DNA of 11,953 bases from Prasinococcaceae sp. CCMP 1430 (Eukaryota > Plantae > Prasinodermophyta), in contig RQSC01000440.1 of the NCBI GenBank assembly GCA_013416795.1, positions 1 through 11,953 of the forward strand. Reading direction: 5' to 3'. Shown in pieces: positions 7,469 through 11,953 of the stretch; the first letter of the stretch is position 1, and each line of letters starts with the position of its first letter. The notes under the pieces are model-generated. The model was not told where the DNA came from and did no database searches. It saw only the letters and a list, made by a program, of their open reading frames with translations. A program made the translations under genes and the position numbers.

Positions 7469-8916
7469 TCACAACAGCACGAGCCCCACGTCGCTGGGCT
7501 CCATCTGCGGCGTCCTCCAATTGTAGAGGTAGTACTGCAGGTTGCCGTCGCCAATGCCGAACTTGAGCTCCTTGAGCACGCCGCCGTCGGCACCCATGCC
7601 GTTGTGCATCAGGTCGAGCGCGTTGAACACGTCGTAGCCCTGGGACTTGGCGGCGATGAGCAGGTCGTTCATGAGCACCTTGAGGCTGACCGTGTTGGCG
7701 ACGTTGTAGTACGAGTACGCCGCGAGCAGCTCGGTGTGCGTCGGGTGGCCAAGGATGGAGCTCGGCAGCGTGTAGAACGAGCCGAAGTCGGTCACCACGC
7801 CCCCCTCGCCCTGCACGACGTACGAGTCAATCACGCCCGCCCGCGGCAGCATCCAGTGCGCCACCTCCTCGTCAGACAGGTGCGGCGCCAGCTTGAAGCC
7901 CGCCAGGTGCGCGCGCAGCAGCCTGCCCACGTCCTCCACGTCGCGCTCCTCCATGCGCCTGAAGCCGGGCGTGAGCGGCGCGGCCGGGAGCTTGTAGAGC
8001 TTGATCTGCCTCGCCATGGTGGAGTTGCGCGGCAGGTAGGAGAAGCGCACGTCGATGAGCTTGCGCGGGTCCAGCGAGCGGTGCCAGTAGCGGCACGTGG
8101 CCACCGGCCGCGGCAGCACGACGCCCGCGGTGTACGCGGCCTGCCAGATCCCCTCGAGGTTGACGCGCCGCGTGACCTCCTGGATGAGCACCGGCGCGAG
8201 CCGCTTGGCGCGCAGCTTCTTGTGCACGCAGAGAAAGTTGACCTCCGCCATGCGCACGCGCTCGCCGCGGACCACCATGTCGGCGGGCACCGCGGTGATG
8301 AACGCAACGAGCTTCTTGGCGCCGGTGGCCGCGCGCACGCCCACGTGCCACGCCGGGTAGTACCCGGGCGGCTGCAGCGCCCAACGCAGGAACTCCGCGC
8401 GGTAGTCGAAGCGGAACATGCAGTCGTCGTCCTCCACGTAGTTGAGGGAGAGCAGCGTGTACACCTCCTCGAGGACGGCGGGGTCCTCCATGTCGCAGGT
8501 GGTCCACTCGAAGGCCGGGGGCAGCTTCAGCGGGTGCTTGCGCACGTCGGCGACGGTCTTTGGCGCGTCGATTGGGCCGGCCTCGCTCCCGCCGTCGGGC
8601 GCGGCGCTCTCGGCGCCCTCACCGCCGCCCGCGTCGAATTGCGGCACGGGCTGCGTCTCCCAGAAGCGGTGGCTCGGGCGCGCGCCCGCTCCCGAGCCGC
8701 CCCCCTTGGCGCCCGCGCCGGCGGCCCCGGACGCGCGCGTCTGCATCTGCGCAAGCATCGCCATCACCATCTCGCGCTTCTCGGCCTCGCTCGCGCCCAC
8801 CAGCGCGTCCTGGGGCGCGCTCGCGCCGCTCCCTGTGGCGGCGCGCGGGCGACCTCGCCTCGCGGCGCGCACGCACCCGTGTTGGCCGGGCCGGCCTCGC
8901 CGCCGCCATCGGCCAT
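7469..8916 (-). CDS. NMT1: Glycylpeptide N-tetradecanoyltransferase (N-myristoyltransferase); probable exons 8916-8877 and 8832-7469
   Basis: NMT motifs HRFWETQPVPQF, EEVYTLLSLNYVEDDDCMFRFDY, EVNFLCVHKKLRAKRLAPVLIQEVTRRVN, RYWHRSLDPRKL, DVFNALD, LKFGIGDGNLQYYLYNW and VGLVLL*. The start at 8916 (MADGGGEAGPANTG) joins in frame through a 44-nt GTGCGT...CACAG intron. Fallback starts are the ATGs at 8770/8764. Confidence 0.95.
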
Positions 8917-9019
8917 CGCGCCCGCCCGCCGCCGCCCACCCCTTCTCCCTGGCGCTCCCCTCCCTGCCTTGCGCGCGCCCTCTGGCACACCCTCGCTAGG
9001 GCGGGGCCGCGCGCGCGGC

Positions 9020-9085
9020 GCTGCGGTTTAGGTTACGTCACAATTCGGAATTAGGTATGCAACAAGTATTAAGGGTTTATGAAAG
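9020..9085 (-). promoter_or_regulatory. Probable NMT1 core promoter
   Basis: An AT-rich patch 100-170 nt upstream of ATG 8916. On the minus strand it has telo-like TAAACCCT and AACCTAAACC and a TGACGT motif. Confidence 0.45.
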
Positions 9086-9290
9086 TCGCTGCGCTGAGGC
9101 CATGAGGTCGGCGGCGTTGACCGTCTACGAGGGGAGGTGGCGGTGGGGAGGGGGAAGGACCGGCGCGGGGGAGCTCGGCTCGCCGTCAGGGAGGGCGCCG
9201 CCGCGGTGGCGCGGGGGGGCGCGCTCGCTGCGCGACGCCCCCGCGAGGCGCCACCCACCAAGTCCGAGCCGATCGCGCGGCGGCGGTCCG

Positions 9291-10842
9291 TCAGTGCGGC
9301 GACTCCGGCGTGGAGCCCCCAGGCGAGGCGCCGAGGCGGTGCGCGCGCGACCTGTGCACCATCCGCACCAGCTGCTGCGGCGACCCCCCCGCGAGCCCGT
9401 GCAGCCCCAGCGGCGAATACAGCGCGGGCGCGGCGGCGCCGAGGTACCCATACGTATCCCGAGGCGAGCGAACGGGGAGTGGCGGGCGAGTGATCGAGCG
9501 AGCTTCGGCGCGGAGCACGGAGGAGGCCGCTGCGGCCGCAGCTGCGGCCGCAGCCGCGGCCACGCGCGCGCGCGCGCCCGTGGGCTTCTCCTCACTCTCG
9601 CCACCCTTCTCGACGAGGTGCGCCCACGCGCAGAACGCGCTGAGTGTGCGCCGCCAGGCAAGCCGCCTCGCGAAGCTCGCGACGCGGCGCCTCAGTTCCT
9701 TTTCCCGCTCGCGCCGCACGTACTCGGCTGCCACCTTCGCCGCCGCCTCGGTCGTGTTGGCCACGGTGGCGTGCGATACCGACGCGGCGCTCGTGCGACG
9801 CGAGGGCGTGCGCTCGTCCGCGTCGTCCTCGTTGCTTGCCGCCGCGGTTGCCCGCGCGCTCGCTCGCGCCTCCCTGAGCCCCTCCCTCTCATGCGCGTCC
9901 CTCAGCGCCTCCCGGAGCGCCTCCCTCTCCGCCGCCATGGCCTCCCTCGCCGCGGCGATGGTGCGCGCGAGCTCCGCCGCGAAGCCCTCGCGGGCGGCCG
10001 CCACCTCGGCGCGCATCTCATCTGCGATGGACCGCAGCTCGAGGGCATGCGCCGCGCGCTGGCCCTCGATGGCCTGAGCCACAGCGGTCGCGAGGTCGTC
10101 CGCAGTGTACCCGCCCTCTCCCCGGCGGGCGGCGGTGAGCGCCTCCACGCGCGCCCCCCCCGGCGCGAGCGCGCGGTCAGCCGCCGCGCACGCCGCACGT
10201 GAGGCGGCCAGCTCGACCTCAAGGGACGCCACCCGGGCGGCCGCGGCGTCCCCGGCGGAGGCGGCGGCGTTCGAGGGAAGGCCCACCTCCGCCTGCAGCA
10301 CCTCGTCGTCAAAGCTCTCGGCAAGGGCGAACAACGACTCGCCGACGGCGGCAGCATCGTCCTCGCAGCCATGTGCGTTGCCGCCATCCTCATTGCCACC
10401 GTCGTTCACCGCGTGCGCGGCCTTTGACGCCCCCCGCCACGCGCGCAGCGCGCTCGCGCGCCGCCGCTCGTCTGCGCGCGCGCGGTGCGCGGCGAGCAGG
10501 TCGCCGAGGCGCCGCGCCTCGTAGACGGCGTCGAAGACGGCGCCGGCGGCGGTCAGGCCGGCATCCATGCCCGCAGCGACGTCGACCTGCGGCGGCGCCT
10601 GTCCCTCTCCTGCGCCGCGCCCCAGCTCCCACACCGGCCCCTCCGCCGCAGATGGAGGCGGAGCTCGTGCGCGCGCGTCGTCGGCGTGTGTGCGTTGGGG
10701 GTGTTGGCGCGCGGCAGCGCCCTGCGCTGGCTCGCACGCGTCCGCGAGGAGGAGGTGCCCGCCCTCGCTCGACCTGCGCCGGGCGTCAGCCGCGCGCGCG
10801 GCCGACGGCAGCGGCGGCCCGATCCACTCGGGCACGGCGCCC
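9291..10842 (-). CDS. Hypothetical Ala/Glu/Arg-rich coiled-coil protein; 5' part lies in the gap
   Basis: More than 500 stop-free codons from the gap edge to TGA 9291-9293, with G/C-rich third positions. Heptad-like segments include ELRSIADEMRAEVAAAREGFAAELARTIAAAREAMAAEREALREALRDAHERE. No family was recognised, and hidden introns cannot be excluded. Confidence 0.65.
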
Positions 10843-11667
10843 NNNNNNNNNNNNNNNNNNNNNNNNNNNNNNNNNNNNNNNNNNNNNNNNNNNNNNNNNN
10901 NNNNNNNNNNNNNNNNNNNNNNNNNNNNNNNNNNNNNNNNNNNNNNNNNNNNNNNNNNNNNNNNNNNNNNNNNNNNNNNNNNNNNNNNNNNNNNNNNNNN
11001 NNNNNNNNNNNNNNNNNNNNNNNNNNNNNNNNNNNNNNNNNNNNNNNNNNNNNNNNNNNNNNNNNNNNNNNNNNNNNNNNNNNNNNNNNNNNNNNNNNNN
11101 NNNNNNNNNNNNNNNNNNNNNNNNNNNNNNNNNNNNNNNNNNNNNNNNNNNNNNNNNNNNNNNNNNNNNNNNNNNNNNNNNNNNNNNNNNNNNNNNNNNN
11201 NNNNNNNNNNNNNNNNNNNNNNNNNNNNNNNNNNNNNNNNNNNNNNNNNNNNNNNNNNNNNNNNNNNNNNNNNNNNNNNNNNNNNNNNNNNNNNNNNNNN
11301 NNNNNNNNNNNNNNNNNNNNNNNNNNNNNNNNNNNNNNNNNNNNNNNNNNNNNNNNNNNNNNNNNNNNNNNNNNNNNNNNNNNNNNNNNNNNNNNNNNNN
11401 NNNNNNNNNNNNNNNNNNNNNNNNNNNNNNNNNNNNNNNNNNNNNNNNNNNNNNNNNNNNNNNNNNNNNNNNNNNNNNNNNNNNNNNNNNNNNNNNNNNN
11501 NNNNNNNNNNNNNNNNNNNNNNNNNNNNNNNNNNNNNNNNNNNNNNNNNNNNNNNNNNNNNNNNNNNNNNNNNNNNNNNNNNNNNNNNNNNNNNNNNNNN
11601 NNNNNNNNNNNNNNNNNNNNNNNNNNNNNNNNNNNNNNNNNNNNNNNNNNNNNNNNNNNNNNNNNNN

Positions 11668-11753
<86 letters not shown>
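11668..11753. repeat. (CA)n microsatellite, at least ~42 units, truncated by the gap
   Basis: Perfect CA run directly after the N block. Confidence 0.97.
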
Positions 11754-11757
<4 letters not shown>

Positions 11758-11758
11758 G

Positions 11759-11846
11759 GCGCAAGGACGCCGAGCGCGACCGCAGGCTCATGCTTGCGGC
11801 GGGCGCAGAGGCGGGCAGAGCGCACGCGCGTGCAAGGGGTGCAGAG
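11759..11846 (+). CDS. Probable 88-nt internal exon of an unidentified gene
   Basis: Acceptor CGCACAG| at 11758 and donor GAG|GTGCGC at 11847, the same donor as in RPL21 and VPS29. The exon reads (g)RKDAERDRRLMLAAGAEAGRAHARARGAE with no stop. Confidence 0.45.
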
Positions 11847-11860
11847 GTGCGCATGCGTGC

Positions 11861-11862
<2 letters not shown>

Positions 11863-11953
<91 letters not shown>
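11863..11953. repeat. (GT)n microsatellite, at least ~45 units, running off the window
   Basis: Perfect GT run to the end of the window. Confidence 0.97.

Noticed and set aside
11755-11791. Minus-strand mini-exon MSLRSRSASLR|GTGCGT as the first exon of the coiled-coil gene
   Set aside because: It is not excluded, but the plus-strand reading has both a CAG acceptor and a GAG|GTGCGC donor and was preferred.
1-11953. CRISPR arrays, prokaryotic defence systems, transposase/RT ORFs, rRNA
   Set aside because: No spaced direct repeats, terminal inverted repeats with target-site duplications, or such protein motifs were seen. The content is spliced eukaryotic housekeeping genes.

Overview
GC-rich eukaryotic nuclear DNA, most likely from a green alga of prasinophyte type (inferred from a plant-type TAAC/PAPST1 carrier, plant-type RPL21 and DCI1, TTTAGGG-type telo-boxes and GTGCG... 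splice donors). It is a compact scaffold segment with gaps at 1420 (single N), 3836-4335, 7256-7366 and 10843-11667. Five housekeeping genes are recognisable: RPL21 (+), peroxisomal dienoyl-CoA isomerase DCI1/ECH1 (-), thylakoid ADP/ATP-PAPS carrier (+), VPS29 (-) and N-myristoyltransferase NMT1 (-). There is also an unidentified Ala/Glu/Arg-rich coiled-coil CDS (-) and a probable 88-nt exon (+) between (CA)n and (TG)n arrays. Two points stand out. First, a 128-codon reading frame absent from the supplied ORF track lies on the same strand inside the RPL21 intron, while the conserved RPL21 middle exon is missing from the visible sequence. Second, several introns start GT-rich and end AC-rich, so their two ends are complementary. 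No CRISPR array, prokaryotic system, tRNA, rRNA or recognisable transposon was found. All protein identifications are from memory of the families; no database search was run.
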